64,000 nt of DNA, taken from NCBI GenBank assembly GCA_964634275.1, contig CAZWIS010000003.1:57548-121547 (forward strand). The letters run 5' to 3'. Positions 27,613 through 38,540 of the stretch are shown piece after piece (the stretch's first letter is position 1; every line of letters starts with the position of its first letter). The translations under genes and the position numbers were made by a program. Below the pieces are notes generated by a model that was not told the DNA's origin, ran no database searches, and saw nothing but the letters and a program-made list of their open reading frames with translations. The DNA comes from an uncultured Candidatus Cloacimonadota bacterium. Lineage in GTDB: Bacteria > Cloacimonadota > Cloacimonadia > Cloacimonadales > Cloacimonadaceae.

Positions 27613-30483
27613 ATGACAAATCCAGCATATTATCACATGCTCTATAATGAGTCACCAGTCTCGATCTGGGTCGAAGACTTTTCGGGGATAGCGAGTTATC
27701 TGGAAACCCTCAAAGCTGAAGGAATTACAGATTTTAGATCTTATTTTATGACCTATCCGGACAAATTAGCCGAATGCGTTCAGCTCTTGCGTGTGGTAGA
27801 TGTCAATAATACTACTTTGAGACTATATAAGGCCAGTAGCAAAGAACAGCTTTTCAAGTCATTACACTTAGTCTTTCGACATGAATCGATGCCCAACTTA
27901 TTGGAATCGATAATAGCCCTATCCGAAGGAAAACGAAACTTCGAAAGCCAGGGAATAAACTATGACCTGGATGGGAATAAGATAGTTTTCAGAATGTCCT
28001 GGACGGTTCCCGGATCCAATCCCAAAGACATGGAAAATGTCATCCTCGTGATCCAGGATATGACTAGGCTTAGCCAAATTCGTAATGAACTCGAAGAACG
28101 TGAGACTCTCTTTCGATGCGTATTTGAACAGGCATCCGAAGGTATGATGCTAATCGACAAACACGGAAAAATAATCCTCGTAAACGGCGCTATGGAAGCT
28201 CTAACTGGCTTGAGTACACAAGAGATCATTGGAAGAGAAGTATGGAATGTGTATGAGCGATTTACTTCTATGATCACTCTTCTTGATGAGAAAAAGTTCA
28301 ATCGGGAAAATGTACTTCGTGCTTTGGGAGAACCAAACCGAGAGAGCAAATCGATCGAGTACCGTTTTATCGATAAGAAACACAAGTTACATGCTCACAA
28401 GCAGAACATAGTACCGATTGTGACAGCTAATGATCCTATCTTTGCATTGATAGTTACAGATCAAAGCCCTGCTTTCCGTTCAGAGATGACAACCTCAATA
28501 ATGCACAAAATCAGCCATTCTGTCAATGTCTCAGAATCTATCGAAGAGCTCTTTCAAGTCATTCATGAGTCCTTGGGCAAAATGATCGACGTTACAAACT
28601 TTTACATCTCGCTTTACGATAACAAAAGCAATCTGATAACTTTCCCCTACCTTGTGGATGAGATGAATGAAGACCCCAGTCCAATAGAAGCTGATGATAG
28701 CAAATCATTAACGGTGCAGGTAATTCGTGAAGCAAAAACCTTGCTGCTCGACGAGGATGATATTATCGAACGAACAGATAGAAGTATGCTGATGGGAGTT
28801 CAGAGTAAAAGCTGGTTGGGAGTCCCTTTGATACTAAACACAGAAGTGATCGGTGCTATCGTTGTACAGAGCTATTCTATTCCCAATCTATACGATCACG
28901 ATGATAAAGTATTGCTGGAATCAATATCAGAGCAAATAGCATTCGCTTTACACAAGAAAAAGACCGACGAAAATATAAACGTGTTGATCCAAGCTATTGA
29001 ACAAGCAGGCGAGGGGATAATTATCTTCTCTCCAGAAGGTTTTATTCGCTATGTTAATACTATCTTCGAAAAAACCACCGGTTACAAAAGGATCGAACTC
29101 CTTGATAAACCTGTGGAGTATCTTCCTTTTGATCAAAATAGCAGAATCGACATGCAGCAGTCCTGGCTTCGGGTACGTAGCTCGCAACCATGGAGAGGAA
29201 AAATAGATCTGATACGTAAAGATGGCGCTAAGATCACTCTCGACATGGTGGTAAAACCTGTTATCGATAAGGATAGCAGACTTTCAAGTATTATTGCCAG
29301 TTGCAAAGATATCACTTACGAAATCATGCGTGAAGACCAGCTTAAAAGGACTCAGCGCCTCGAAGCAATCGGAAGACTAACCGGGGGAATTGCACATGAC
29401 TTTAACAATGTTCTCAGTGCTATCATTGGATATGCCGAACTTGCCGGTGATGATATTCCACCCGATTCTGATAGTGCTCAGAATCTGTTTGAGGTACTAA
29501 AGTCTGCCACGCGAGCCAAAGAAATGATCAGCCACTTGATTTCGTTCAGCAGACAGGAAGAATCAAAGACAGAGATTATCGAACTGGTAGATCACGTGAG
29601 AGAATCCGTTCGATTCCTGAGATCATATCTTCCTCGCTCTATCAAGATAAAGGAACGTTATGAAGCGGAAAAAAGCTCTGTCATAGCTGTCCCAGGCCAG
29701 ATACATCAGATACTGATCAATCTGGGAACAAATGCAATGCATGCGATCAAACATGATCATGGACAAATAGAGATATCCGTCGAACCAATTGCATTCCGCA
29801 GTAAGGATATGCTGGCGTTTCCAGAGCTGGAGCAGTGCCATTACCTCAAAATTAGCGTTTTGGATAATGGCAGTGGAATAGATGACGCTCTGCTCGATCA
29901 TATATTTGATCCATATTTTACTACCAAGGGGACTAATGAGGGCACAGGTTTGGGATTGTCGATTGTTCACAGTATAGTTCAAGCTCATCATGGTGCAATC
30001 AGGGTAAAGAGTATTGTCAACCAAGGGACAGAGTTTATTGTGTATCTACCCCTGTACAATGCGGACAAGTGGTATCCCCTTCATGGCGAATTGGACCAGA
30101 ATCTGGATGTATCTGGTGAAGAAAACATCATGTTTGTAGATGATGAACCGATGCTGGTCAACGTATTCCGTCAAGGATTGATGAAACTGGGTTACAAGGT
30201 AGAGGGCTTTACTGACCCCCGCAAAGCCTTGGAATACTTTAGCAAACATTCTTCTGATGTGGACATAGTGATTACCGATACAACCATGCCATATATGAAT
30301 GGTATCGATCTATCCGAAAAGATCCTAAAGATCAAGCCCGGCACACCTATTATTATATGTACTGGATTTACTACACTGATCTCAGCCGAAGAAGCAACGC
30401 AAAAAGGGATTAAGGATTTTGTGATGAAGCCATTCAAAATTCGGGAAATCGCATCCAGAATTCGTGAAGTACTTTCTAAATGA
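27613..30483 (+). CDS. Hybrid sensor histidine kinase (PAS-PAS-GAF-PAS-HisKA-HATPase-REC)
   Basis: H-box GGIAHDFNNVLSAIIGYAEL. N, G1 and G2 boxes (NLGTNAMHA, DNGSGI, GTGLGLSIV). C-terminal receiver (IMFVDDEP...DIVITDTTMPYMNG...KPF). No TM segments. Confidence 0.9.
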   Translation: MTNPAYYHMLYNESPVSIWVEDFSGIASYLETLKAEGITDFRSYFMTYPDKLAECVQLLRVVDVNNTTLRLYKASSKEQLFKSLHLVFRHESMPNLLESIIALSEGKRNFESQGINYDLDGNKIVFRMSWTVPGSNPKDMENVILVIQDMTRLSQIRNELEERETLFRCVFEQASEGMMLIDKHGKIILVNGAMEALTGLSTQEIIGREVWNVYERFTSMITLLDEKKFNRENVLRALGEPNRESKSIEYRFIDKKHKLHAHKQNIVPIVTANDPIFALIVTDQSPAFRSEMTTSIMHKISHSVNVSESIEELFQVIHESLGKMIDVTNFYISLYDNKSNLITFPYLVDEMNEDPSPIEADDSKSLTVQVIREAKTLLLDEDDIIERTDRSMLMGVQSKSWLGVPLILNTEVIGAIVVQSYSIPNLYDHDDKVLLESISEQIAFALHKKKTDENINVLIQAIEQAGEGIIIFSPEGFIRYVNTIFEKTTGYKRIELLDKPVEYLPFDQNSRIDMQQSWLRVRSSQPWRGKIDLIRKDGAKITLDMVVKPVIDKDSRLSSIIASCKDITYEIMREDQLKRTQRLEAIGRLTGGIAHDFNNVLSAIIGYAELAGDDIPPDSDSAQNLFEVLKSATRAKEMISHLISFSRQEESKTEIIELVDHVRESVRFLRSYLPRSIKIKERYEAEKSSVIAVPGQIHQILINLGTNAMHAIKHDHGQIEISVEPIAFRSKDMLAFPELEQCHYLKISVLDNGSGIDDALLDHIFDPYFTTKGTNEGTGLGLSIVHSIVQAHHGAIRVKSIVNQGTEFIVYLPLYNADKWYPLHGELDQNLDVSGEENIMFVDDEPMLVNVFRQGLMKLGYKVEGFTDPRKALEYFSKHSSDVDIVITDTTMPYMNGIDLSEKILKIKPGTPIIICTGFTTLISAEEATQKGIKDFVMKPFKIREIASRIREVLSK

Positions 30484-30490
30484 GGATTGA

Positions 30491-30760
30491 ATGAGAATCG
30501 ATATCTTGCTAAACAAGCTATGCCTGACAAAAACAAGATCTGTGGCAAAAAACGCTTGCGATAAGAATCTGGTAAAGCTGAATGACAAACCTGCCAAAGC
30601 CAGCAATGAAGTTCATCCTATGGACATCATCACTTTCTCCCTTTATGGCTATCTTCACAAAATCAGAATAGAATCAATTCCAAGTGGTAACGTAGCAAAA
30701 AAAGATGCAGCCACTTATTATACAATTCTTGAGAGATACGAGCTCGAACCGGTAAATTAA
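30491..30760 (+). CDS. S4-domain RNA-binding protein (Hsp15/YlmH-like small protein)
   Basis: MRIDILLNKLCLTKTRSVAKNACDKNLVKLNDKPAKASNEVHPMDII fits the S4 alpha-L motif. Confidence 0.65.
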   Translation: MRIDILLNKLCLTKTRSVAKNACDKNLVKLNDKPAKASNEVHPMDIITFSLYGYLHKIRIESIPSGNVAKKDAATYYTILERYELEPVN

Positions 30761-30763
30761 CCG

Positions 30764-31759
30764 ATGCTGTTTTCACATCATGAGTCCTGGCGTTTGAAAC
30801 CGGGACTACTTGTGTGTATACTACTATATTGCTTCTCATTAGCTATCGCCACTCCTGTGTATAAGAATGATGTAATCAACGTGTTTGCTGATGAGAAGTT
30901 TAGTGAATTTGCCCTTAGTGTGGCAAAGCCACTCACCGAAAGAATATATTCATTTCACAAAGAGATAGGGATTTATCCAAAAGCCACTGCAGATTTTCAT
31001 ATAATATCGGGCAAGACTGCATATCAGCAAGTTACAAAGGATAAAAGTATAATCGTAGAGCACAGCGATGCCTTCTATTCGTCCAATGAGCAAAGAATAT
31101 ATATTAGGAGCCCGGAACAGATCAGTGAAAACTACCTGAAAATACTGCTTCATGAGTATATTCACTGGTATCTGGATTATATCTTTGCTACAGCACCTTT
31201 GTGGTTTCATGAGGGTATGGCGGTTCAATATTCTCATCAGGTAGGATACGACAGATACTACCTCTTCGTAAGAGAAAGATTCTGGGGAAACAAACTAAAA
31301 CTCAATGATATGTATTATAGATATCCAAAGCAAAAATCCGAATGGAATCTTTTCTACCTCACCTCAGCATTCGTGATTAAGTACATGCGTGATGAACATC
31401 CAAATGAATGGAAAACATTTTGGGATCTCACTGCCTCCGCTGTGAATCAATCCGAGCTCGATGCATCACAATCACGACCTACTTTTTCCTATGTTTTTTA
31501 CAGTGCTTATCAAAGATCTGCCAAGAGCTTTGAGTATGGCTTTGATCGCTATACAAGAAGGCTCGCTCTGCAGTACCTCTTATTGGGTATAAATGGAATT
31601 GTGTTTGGGATGTTACCTTTTGTCATCATTTGGATATATGTGATCCGAAGGAAAAGGCATTTGCAAATGCCTGATTACCCTGATTTACCAATAGACGAAG
31701 GATCCGATCCAGAAGCTATTTACTCGGAAGAAGATGATTTTGAAGACACTGAGAAATAA
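30764..31759 (+). CDS. Membrane-anchored putative zinc metallopeptidase (peptidase-MA-like HExxH ... EG)
   Basis: LLHEYIHWYLD followed by WFHEGMAVQYS. N-terminal hydrophobic signal or anchor, C-terminal TM (GINGIVFGMLPFVIIWIYVI) and an acidic tail. Confidence 0.5.
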   Translation: MLFSHHESWRLKPGLLVCILLYCFSLAIATPVYKNDVINVFADEKFSEFALSVAKPLTERIYSFHKEIGIYPKATADFHIISGKTAYQQVTKDKSIIVEHSDAFYSSNEQRIYIRSPEQISENYLKILLHEYIHWYLDYIFATAPLWFHEGMAVQYSHQVGYDRYYLFVRERFWGNKLKLNDMYYRYPKQKSEWNLFYLTSAFVIKYMRDEHPNEWKTFWDLTASAVNQSELDASQSRPTFSYVFYSAYQRSAKSFEYGFDRYTRRLALQYLLLGINGIVFGMLPFVIIWIYVIRRKRHLQMPDYPDLPIDEGSDPEAIYSEEDDFEDTEK

Positions 31760-31908
31760 TAGTATTGACACAATACTCACAGTAAACCAGCATGAAACAC
31801 TGATACGTAGCTCTTAGATTACTCCAAAGCTATCAAATGATGTTTTGAAGGCAATTTATTGAGTACGATCAGATGTTTTTACTACATACAAAATGAAGAA
31901 ATCAAAGA

Positions 31909-32376
31909 GTGGTAGAGGTAATAGTGAGAATCAGGATTATACTCATTGTTCTATTGTTGTCTGCGACATACTTACTGTGTGCGGAATCAGGGAAAAAACC
32001 AAGCCATGCAATGCTATACTCGGCCTTCATACCAGGTGGTGGGCAGATATACAATGCTAAATACATCAAAGCAGGTATCGTCGTAGGCGTACAATCATAC
32101 TTGGTAACATCAGCTATATATCATCATGATAAAAAGGATGAGTTCAGCCGTAAAGCCTCATCAGCTACGACAATCAACGACAAGCTATATTATGAGAGCA
32201 AACGGGACAGCTACAGGGACAGGGAGAGAAATGATTATTGGTGGATATCAATCACCGCTTTGCTGTCCATAGCTGATGCATTCGTTGATGCCCATCTATC
32301 AGATTTTGATGTACAAAAAGATAACGTACGTCTTCGCTTTGAGGAGAAAATGATGATCTTTGAGTACAGTTTCTGA
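31909..32376 (+). CDS. DUF5683-like membrane protein
   Basis: AMLYSAFIPGGGQIYNAKYIKAGIVVG matches the PG-GQ-YN--Y-K signature. The start may be the GTG at 31924 (RIRIILIVLLL). Confidence 0.5.
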   Translation: MVEVIVRIRIILIVLLLSATYLLCAESGKKPSHAMLYSAFIPGGGQIYNAKYIKAGIVVGVQSYLVTSAIYHHDKKDEFSRKASSATTINDKLYYESKRDSYRDRERNDYWWISITALLSIADAFVDAHLSDFDVQKDNVRLRFEEKMMIFEYSF

Positions 32377-32416
32377 TAAAATCTCTGTTATTGATATTGT
32401 CTACTTGCGAGGCACT

Positions 32417-33199
32417 ATGCGTAACGTCTTATTTATAGTTATACTTCTACTTACATCCTGCCCGGTTTGGGCTAAGCAAAAGATGAACTCTCTCGAAGGT
32501 AGAATACTCGAGAGAACAAATTTTGAGAGAGAAAGTGTAGGATTAGGCACTCTGATTCATGATACTGGGTTGGCAGAACTGGCAAGAAAGCACAGCAAAA
32601 ACATGCTTGCCCAGGGTTTCTTTGCTCATGAAGATCCCGATGGTAAGCGAGTCGGTGAGCGAGCCAATGATCAGTATCCAGAGCTATTGTATTATTCCAT
32701 AGCAGAAAATCTTGCCTCCGTAATGCATCATAAAAACACAGAACTGATGGTTGACGCAGCGATGCAAGGATGGTTAAACTCTCCCGGACACAGAGACAAC
32801 TTGCTCAATAGCCGTTACACTCACTTGGGAGTAGGTGCAGCTACCGATGGTAAGATTGTACTCATAACCCAAGTTTTTGCCTTTCCATTGGTGAAACTGG
32901 GAACGAGAATACCGCCTGTAGTTGATTCAAATAAAGAGCTTGTGCTATACTTGGAGTATATGCGGAATAGTGAACCGGGTAAGTTTGAGGCTTATCTGCA
33001 TTATCCAAACCCCCGCAAGGCTTTTTTTGTAGATGAAACTACGTATGTATTGGGCTTCGAACCCTTTAAACCAGAATGGATCAATAGCAAGATATTCAGA
33101 ATTAGATTGAGGTTTGACGATGGTCGTGGAACCTACAGGCTTACGTTTGGAGACGGTGGATCTTTTCTGGGCAACTACTACATTATTGAGGTACAGTAA
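32417..33199 (+). CDS. CAP/SCP/PR-1 (YkwD-like) domain lipoprotein
   Basis: Lipobox LLLTSC. RTNFERESVGL..L.HD..LAELARKHSKNM and GWLNSPGHRDNLL...YTHLGVG. Start moved to the internal ATG (MRNVLFIV). Confidence 0.75.
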   Translation: MRNVLFIVILLLTSCPVWAKQKMNSLEGRILERTNFERESVGLGTLIHDTGLAELARKHSKNMLAQGFFAHEDPDGKRVGERANDQYPELLYYSIAENLASVMHHKNTELMVDAAMQGWLNSPGHRDNLLNSRYTHLGVGAATDGKIVLITQVFAFPLVKLGTRIPPVVDSNKELVLYLEYMRNSEPGKFEAYLHYPNPRKAFFVDETTYVLGFEPFKPEWINSKIFRIRLRFDDGRGTYRLTFGDGGSFLGNYYIIEVQ

Positions 33200-33959
33200 T
33201 CTTCAGAAATACTGGACAGTGGTCTGAGCCCATTATATCCTGTCGAATACCAGCATCAACTACCCAATCCATGTGTTGTGCATCAACAAAGAAATAGTCT
33301 ATTCTCCATCCTATGTTTCTTGGTCTGGCGCCAGCTCTATAACTCCACCATGTATATTGATCCGCTTCAGTATTGAATTCTCGAAATGTATCAGTCCATC
33401 CATGTTCAATTATCTTATCAAGCCATGCTCTTTCGATGGGAAGAAACCCAGAGTACTTTTCATTTTCTTTTGGGTTTGCCAGATCAATCGGCTTGTGGGC
33501 AGTGTTGTAATCCCCTGTGACAATAATCATTTTTCCGGTTTTACGGCTTGCCTCCATATGGATCAAACACTGATCATAAAACCGCAGTTTATAGTCCAGC
33601 CTCTCATCATTCATCTGCCCGTTTGGAAAGTATATGTTATAGATTATAAAGGAGTTATAAGAAGCGATCAGGATCCTTCCCTCACTATCAAATTCGGGAA
33701 TCCCAAAGCCATATTGGACATCCAAAGCTCTTTCCTTACAAAAGAGAGCTGTTCCGGAATATCCTCTTCGGGCAGCATGAGACCAGTAGGTTTGAAAGGA
33801 TTCTTGTTCTGATAGCTCTTTGGGAATCTGGTGTTCTTGAAGCTTTGTTTCCTGAATCCCAAGAATATCTGGTGCTTCTCTTTCGATTACTCGCAGAAAA
33901 TCTTTGTTCATAATAGCCCTGAGGCCATTGACATTCCAAGACCATAGTGTCAATTGCAT
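33183..33959 (-). CDS. xth: Exodeoxyribonuclease III
   Basis: SWNVNGLRA, LGIQETK, GDYNTAH and GSDHCPV. The 3' end overlaps the convergent CAP gene by 17 nt. Confidence 0.92.
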   Translation of the reverse strand: MQLTLWSWNVNGLRAIMNKDFLRVIEREAPDILGIQETKLQEHQIPKELSEQESFQTYWSHAARRGYSGTALFCKERALDVQYGFGIPEFDSEGRILIASYNSFIIYNIYFPNGQMNDERLDYKLRFYDQCLIHMEASRKTGKMIIVTGDYNTAHKPIDLANPKENEKYSGFLPIERAWLDKIIEHGWTDTFREFNTEADQYTWWSYRAGARPRNIGWRIDYFFVDAQHMDWVVDAGIRQDIMGSDHCPVFLKITVPQ

Positions 33960-35368
33960 TATAGCTCCTGTTGAAGATTGGGAATGTTATACGGATAAGC
34001 CTGGTGGTTGACATCCTCCAAGCCTACATCGCTCCGGGGTGTTTTTTTCAAGATACTGATCACGAAGAAGTAAGATATAACTACAGTACAAACATCAGCA
34101 ACAGGCAATGCGAATACCAAACCCTCAAAGCCCCACACATTGTTCAAGATGATTATTGCAGGGATATATACAATCCCCTGTCGGGAGAGAGCTACCAACA
34201 ATGCTGGGAGTGCTTTTCCCATTGCCTGCAAGGTTGCCATCAATATCATCCCAATTGCAGCGAATGGAATGGCAAAAACATACGCTTCCAAGATTAATGT
34301 ACCGATATCGACCACTTCCCTGTTCGGAATAAACGAGCTGATCAAAATCCTGGGGAAGAGTGCGAATCCCAGTAAGAAGAGAATCGCAAGTGACAGTGAG
34401 ATCAGGATCGACATTCTGATAGTATCCCTCATCCTCTGGTATAGTTTTGCCCCATAACTATATCCTACCAGTGGTTGAATACCGATTGATATCCCAATAA
34501 AGACAAAGATAGGTATGCTGAATACTCTCATGGCAACCCCCAAAGCAGCCACAAATTGATCGCCATATTCGACAGCCAGTCGGTAGGACAATGAACTACC
34601 AATACTCATCATGATCTGGCTCAAGGAAGCCGGAATACCGATCTTTAGTATCTCCAGATAAATCTCTTTTCGAAAATGCAGGGTCTTCAAAGACGGAGGA
34701 ACCATGCTCTTGTTACTAACATAAAACCATACATAATAGCAAATTCCAAACATATTGCCAATCACAGTAGCCAGTGCTGCTCCGGTCACCCCCATTCCCA
34801 TCACAAGTATAAAGATAGGATCCAGGATAATATTCAGACCAGTTCCAATCATCATCCCGATCAAGGCAATTTTTGCAGCCCCTTCAGCACGCAGTAACTG
34901 GCTGAGACAAAACTTCAGCATTATGATCGGACTTCCCAATAGAATTATCTGCATATACCTGGAAGCATAGCCCAAGGTATATTCGCTTGCTCCCATTACT
35001 TTTAGAAGAGAAGGAACAGCATAATATCCGCCTATACCAACTATCAAGGAAGCTATGAATGTGGTAAATATCGCTGTTGAGGTCGTCTCTTTGGCTTTAT
35101 ACCGTTCTTTTTTTCCTAAGAGCCTCGACAGGTATGATGCTCCCCCATTTCCAAATATACCAGCTAAAGCCATCTGTATCATGAAGATTGGAAGAGCTAT
35201 AGTAACAGCAGCCACCTGAACTGGATCATTCAGCTTTCCGATGAAGAAAGTATCTGTCAGATTATAAAATACCTGAATCATCATACTCAAAACAGTAGGA
35301 AGAGCCAGATATATTATCGCTTTTGGTACTGGCATTCTATCCAGGATATAGAGCCTATCTTGTTGCAT
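33959..35368 (-). CDS. MATE-family efflux transporter
   Basis: 469 aa with 12 predicted TM helices. N-terminal LALPTVLSMMIQVFYNLTDTFFIGKL is typical of MatE. Confidence 0.85.
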   Translation of the reverse strand: MQQDRLYILDRMPVPKAIIYLALPTVLSMMIQVFYNLTDTFFIGKLNDPVQVAAVTIALPIFMIQMALAGIFGNGGASYLSRLLGKKERYKAKETTSTAIFTTFIASLIVGIGGYYAVPSLLKVMGASEYTLGYASRYMQIILLGSPIIMLKFCLSQLLRAEGAAKIALIGMMIGTGLNIILDPIFILVMGMGVTGAALATVIGNMFGICYYVWFYVSNKSMVPPSLKTLHFRKEIYLEILKIGIPASLSQIMMSIGSSLSYRLAVEYGDQFVAALGVAMRVFSIPIFVFIGISIGIQPLVGYSYGAKLYQRMRDTIRMSILISLSLAILFLLGFALFPRILISSFIPNREVVDIGTLILEAYVFAIPFAAIGMILMATLQAMGKALPALLVALSRQGIVYIPAIIILNNVWGFEGLVFALPVADVCTVVISYFFVISILKKTPRSDVGLEDVNHQAYPYNIPNLQQEL

Positions 35369-35450
35369 TATCTATCATAACCTATGATTCGAAAGTCATC
35401 CTTATTTCTCTCAATGTATGCTATGAGGCATTAACATATCCACCAAATTT

Positions 35451-35505
35451 CCAAACAAACTAAATACCTCTTTCCACTCTGGAAAACAGAACAGAAAGAG
35501 GTATA
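35451..35505 (-). terminator. Strong hairpin terminator downstream of the 376-aa gene
   Basis: On the minus strand: ATACCTCTTTC, a 20-nt loop, GAAAGAGGTAT (perfect 11-bp stem, 35464-74 / 35495-505), followed by TTAGTTTGTTTGG. Confidence 0.6.
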
Positions 35506-35515
35506 ATGTGTTCTT

Positions 35516-36646
35516 TTAACTTTCTATTACTTCTACATTAGCTCGCGGAATGCTGAATCTGGTACCGTCTTCAAATTCTGCTTCAAGTATGCGAACCATT
35601 GTTTCTGATTCTACCTTGGTTAATTGCTCTGGTAATCCTACGACTTTTGCTATCTGCCCAAAATTGGGTTGGCGGATAATTCGGATCAAAGCACCAGGTT
35701 CCAAGTACGGTACAGATACTTCCGGGGCTTGGAGTTCACTTTCGACGAAGGGTAATGGGATAATAATCTCTGGACGAATAACTCCGGCACGAATCTGTGT
35801 CCTGCCATGAACAGAAGCTTTGCTTCCATCGAATGATCGGAGCAAATCAAATGTCTTGCGTGCCATGTTTATTTTTCCGAATCCCTCGGTGCAAATGATT
35901 GAAAGTCCGATTTTTTCGTGACCAGTGATTGCTACTCCGATATCATATCCCAGTAGCTTTTTGATATCCTGATCATCGATACCACCGGTAATGATAGCTC
36001 GCACACCGTGCTTTACTGCCAATTGGATCACATGTAAACGGACAATTGAACCTGCGACGATAATCTTATCCCGGCATGATTCATCTATCTTACCGGCATC
36101 GAGTTCCTCTTCAGGATTGGTTACCAGCATCTTTATGATACCGGTTGTTTCGTCCCCAATACCAAATATTCCCTGGATATATGCAGATTTGTTTTGTATG
36201 ATTACACCCTGTTCTGGCATTACTTCATCAATTACTCCATCGATAAAAGCTTTGACCTGAACTGGAATCTTTGGCTCACGCAAAAGGATCTGTCCGGTAA
36301 TTGCAGAAACGCTTTCAACTTCACCCTCCAAGGGAGAGCGTACTTCATTCTTTAGTATCCCGAGTCCAAACAATCCTTTGGTTTGTGCCAGTATTGTATT
36401 TTTTGTGATCTGATCCCCTGGCTTGATTTTGATAAAATCTACCAATTGAGCAGGTGTGACCCCCAGTTTGTTTGCCAGGTTGAAGGGCACTACTTTGCCA
36501 GGTAAAAGAGTTTCTGCTACCACATCTTCTGCTTTGACAATATCACCTTTTTTTACAAGTACACTACCCTTAAGCGGCAATACTCTTTCTTTCCGAAGGA
36601 TAATGCTATCTGTTACTGTTAATCCGGCTGAATAAGCTTGTCCCAT
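35516..36646 (-). CDS. Hypothetical protein (376 aa), third gene of the GlmL-like trio
   Basis: Long ORF, 9 nt downstream of the ATPase gene. N-terminal segments resemble barrel-sandwich-hybrid strands (VLVKKGDIVKAEDVVAE, IKPGDQITKNTILAQ, PLEGEVESV) but carry no biotin or lipoyl Lys motif. Central GGIDDQD...ITGHEKIGLSIICTEGFG. I cannot assign a family. Confidence 0.6.
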   Translation of the reverse strand: MGQAYSAGLTVTDSIILRKERVLPLKGSVLVKKGDIVKAEDVVAETLLPGKVVPFNLANKLGVTPAQLVDFIKIKPGDQITKNTILAQTKGLFGLGILKNEVRSPLEGEVESVSAITGQILLREPKIPVQVKAFIDGVIDEVMPEQGVIIQNKSAYIQGIFGIGDETTGIIKMLVTNPEEELDAGKIDESCRDKIIVAGSIVRLHVIQLAVKHGVRAIITGGIDDQDIKKLLGYDIGVAITGHEKIGLSIICTEGFGKINMARKTFDLLRSFDGSKASVHGRTQIRAGVIRPEIIIPLPFVESELQAPEVSVPYLEPGALIRIIRQPNFGQIAKVVGLPEQLTKVESETMVRILEAEFEDGTRFSIPRANVEVIES

Positions 36647-36655
36647 TTTATCCTC

Positions 36656-38518
36656 CTATACCAATATTGCTTCTGGATAAGCCTTGTACTCGCGCATCCA
36701 TTTCTTGAGAAGCGGAACACGCAATGAAGTATCAACTGGCAGGTTAAACGGTTGTCTGCCTCGAGTATCGAGCACTATTCCTACCAAACCTCCATGAAGC
36801 TCGATTTCCAGTTCACGGTTTTTATCTTTATCAAGAATCAGTCCACCATGTGCTTTTAACGTAGCTTTGGCAGTCTGGCCTACATTGCAGGGGATCAAAC
36901 GAAGCTCACCATAAGGTATATCTTCTTTGAAAACACTGCCATCTGGCAAGGCTATTTCTGCTGATAGTGCCAGTTTACCCGGTTTACCCTTACCAACAGG
37001 AGCCACGCAAGTACCCATATAAATCAAACAGTCTTTCTTAAAGACTTCTGTGGCTGCTTTTACACTAATTTCTGATAGTACCCCCAGGTGCGGCATCATA
37101 AATATACTGTCAACTGCGAGTCTTGTAACCCCTTCCGGAAGGAATGCATCAATCAGCATCATCACTGTTTGATGGCGTCTGGGAGCATGTGACAATACAC
37201 CGCCACTACCCACGAGAAGGCTTAGTGTCATCATATTTACAATCGAGTTTCCAGAAGTCGATTGGCTGAAAGCTTCTGATATATCACGCTGTTTTTGCGT
37301 TCCTTTGAGCGTCACGGCAAATTCACGATGCTGTTGGAATGCCAATCTGAGGGCTTCTTTGGCAATGGCTTGTTCGAGTACGAGTTCTTCCAATAGAGAT
37401 GGAATAGTAGTTGGACGGATCATTTTGTTCTTTATCATATTGCGGAGTTCGCCTTCATCTATATCAAAAGGTACCCAGCGCAAGATATTTTCCAGCTTTG
37501 CAGAGGCTAATACATTAGAGATACTATAGCTCATACCCAAGTTTGCACTAACAGTACGATTAAAGACATAATCTTCTGTGAATACAGAGAATACGTCTGT
37601 AGTAGCGCCACCAATATCTACCCCGACAACCTCAATCTTTTCTTCTTTGGCAATAGCCTGAATGATGTTTCCCACTGCCGCAGGCGTTGGCATAATTGGA
37701 ACGGGTTCAAGATCAGGACCAACCGTCCAGCTCATCAGCTTATTATAGCCCGGTGCTTGTTGCATGACGTGTTCCATAAAGATGTCATGGATTTTGTCAC
37801 GAGCCGGTCCCAGATTCTCTGCTTCCAGTTTTGGACGCAAGTTCTCTGTAATAATCAGATCGACTTTTTCACCGAGAGTATTCTTAATCTCAGGTTGAGC
37901 ATCTTTGTTTCCGGCATAAATCACAGGTAGTTTGTAGCTGGAACCAAGCCTTGGCTTAGGATCGGCACCGGCAACGAGCTCTGCCATTTCTACTACGTGC
38001 TTGATGGTTCCACCATCCTCGCCACCAGCCATCAGAATCATATCTGGACGAAGCTGCCTTATACGCTCGATCTTTTCGTGATTCATTCTCTTATCGTTGC
38101 TGGAAATCAGATCCATTACAATAGCTCCAGCACCCAATGCAGCACGTTCGGCACTTTCACCCGTCATGGCAGCGACCACACCAGTCACCATCATTTGTAA
38201 TCCACCCCCGGCGGAACTGGTAGAAACATAAGCGTCGATACCAACATCACCCTTTCTGGGGATGATGAATTCGCCATTTTCCATAAACTTGATATTGGGA
38301 TTGTTATATTTGATGCGGGCAAGCTCTTCCAATTCCTGAGTGGAATTGACCACACCTTTGGTCACATCATTAAGGGGTGCTTCCACTGTTGTCGGAGCTT
38401 CACCACGAATGGTTTGACGGAATTCTCCATCCACCCATTCGATTAAAATTGCCTTGGTCGTCGTACTACCACAATCGGTAGCAACAATACGAGTCAGGCG
38501 CTTTTCATCATATTGCAT
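36656..38518 (-). CDS. ASKHA-fold ATPase of the GlmL/MutL (hydantoinase-A-like) family, 620 aa
   Basis: Two actin-fold phosphate motifs: IVATDCGSTTTKAILIE near the N-terminus and VVGVDIGGATTDVFSV mid-protein. General resemblance to glutamate-mutase-associated GlmL, but about 160 aa longer. Confidence 0.65.
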   Translation of the reverse strand: MQYDEKRLTRIVATDCGSTTTKAILIEWVDGEFRQTIRGEAPTTVEAPLNDVTKGVVNSTQELEELARIKYNNPNIKFMENGEFIIPRKGDVGIDAYVSTSSAGGGLQMMVTGVVAAMTGESAERAALGAGAIVMDLISSNDKRMNHEKIERIRQLRPDMILMAGGEDGGTIKHVVEMAELVAGADPKPRLGSSYKLPVIYAGNKDAQPEIKNTLGEKVDLIITENLRPKLEAENLGPARDKIHDIFMEHVMQQAPGYNKLMSWTVGPDLEPVPIMPTPAAVGNIIQAIAKEEKIEVVGVDIGGATTDVFSVFTEDYVFNRTVSANLGMSYSISNVLASAKLENILRWVPFDIDEGELRNMIKNKMIRPTTIPSLLEELVLEQAIAKEALRLAFQQHREFAVTLKGTQKQRDISEAFSQSTSGNSIVNMMTLSLLVGSGGVLSHAPRRHQTVMMLIDAFLPEGVTRLAVDSIFMMPHLGVLSEISVKAATEVFKKDCLIYMGTCVAPVGKGKPGKLALSAEIALPDGSVFKEDIPYGELRLIPCNVGQTAKATLKAHGGLILDKDKNRELEIELHGGLVGIVLDTRGRQPFNLPVDTSLRVPLLKKWMREYKAYPEAILV

Positions 38519-38540
38519 ATAATCCTCCGCTTCTTCAGCA

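Noticed and set aside
36656-38518. Naming the 620-aa ATPase glutamate mutase subunit/chaperone GlmL
   Set aside because: No glmS/glmE or other B12-mutase genes are adjacent, and the protein is much longer than GlmL. Only the family-level call is justified.
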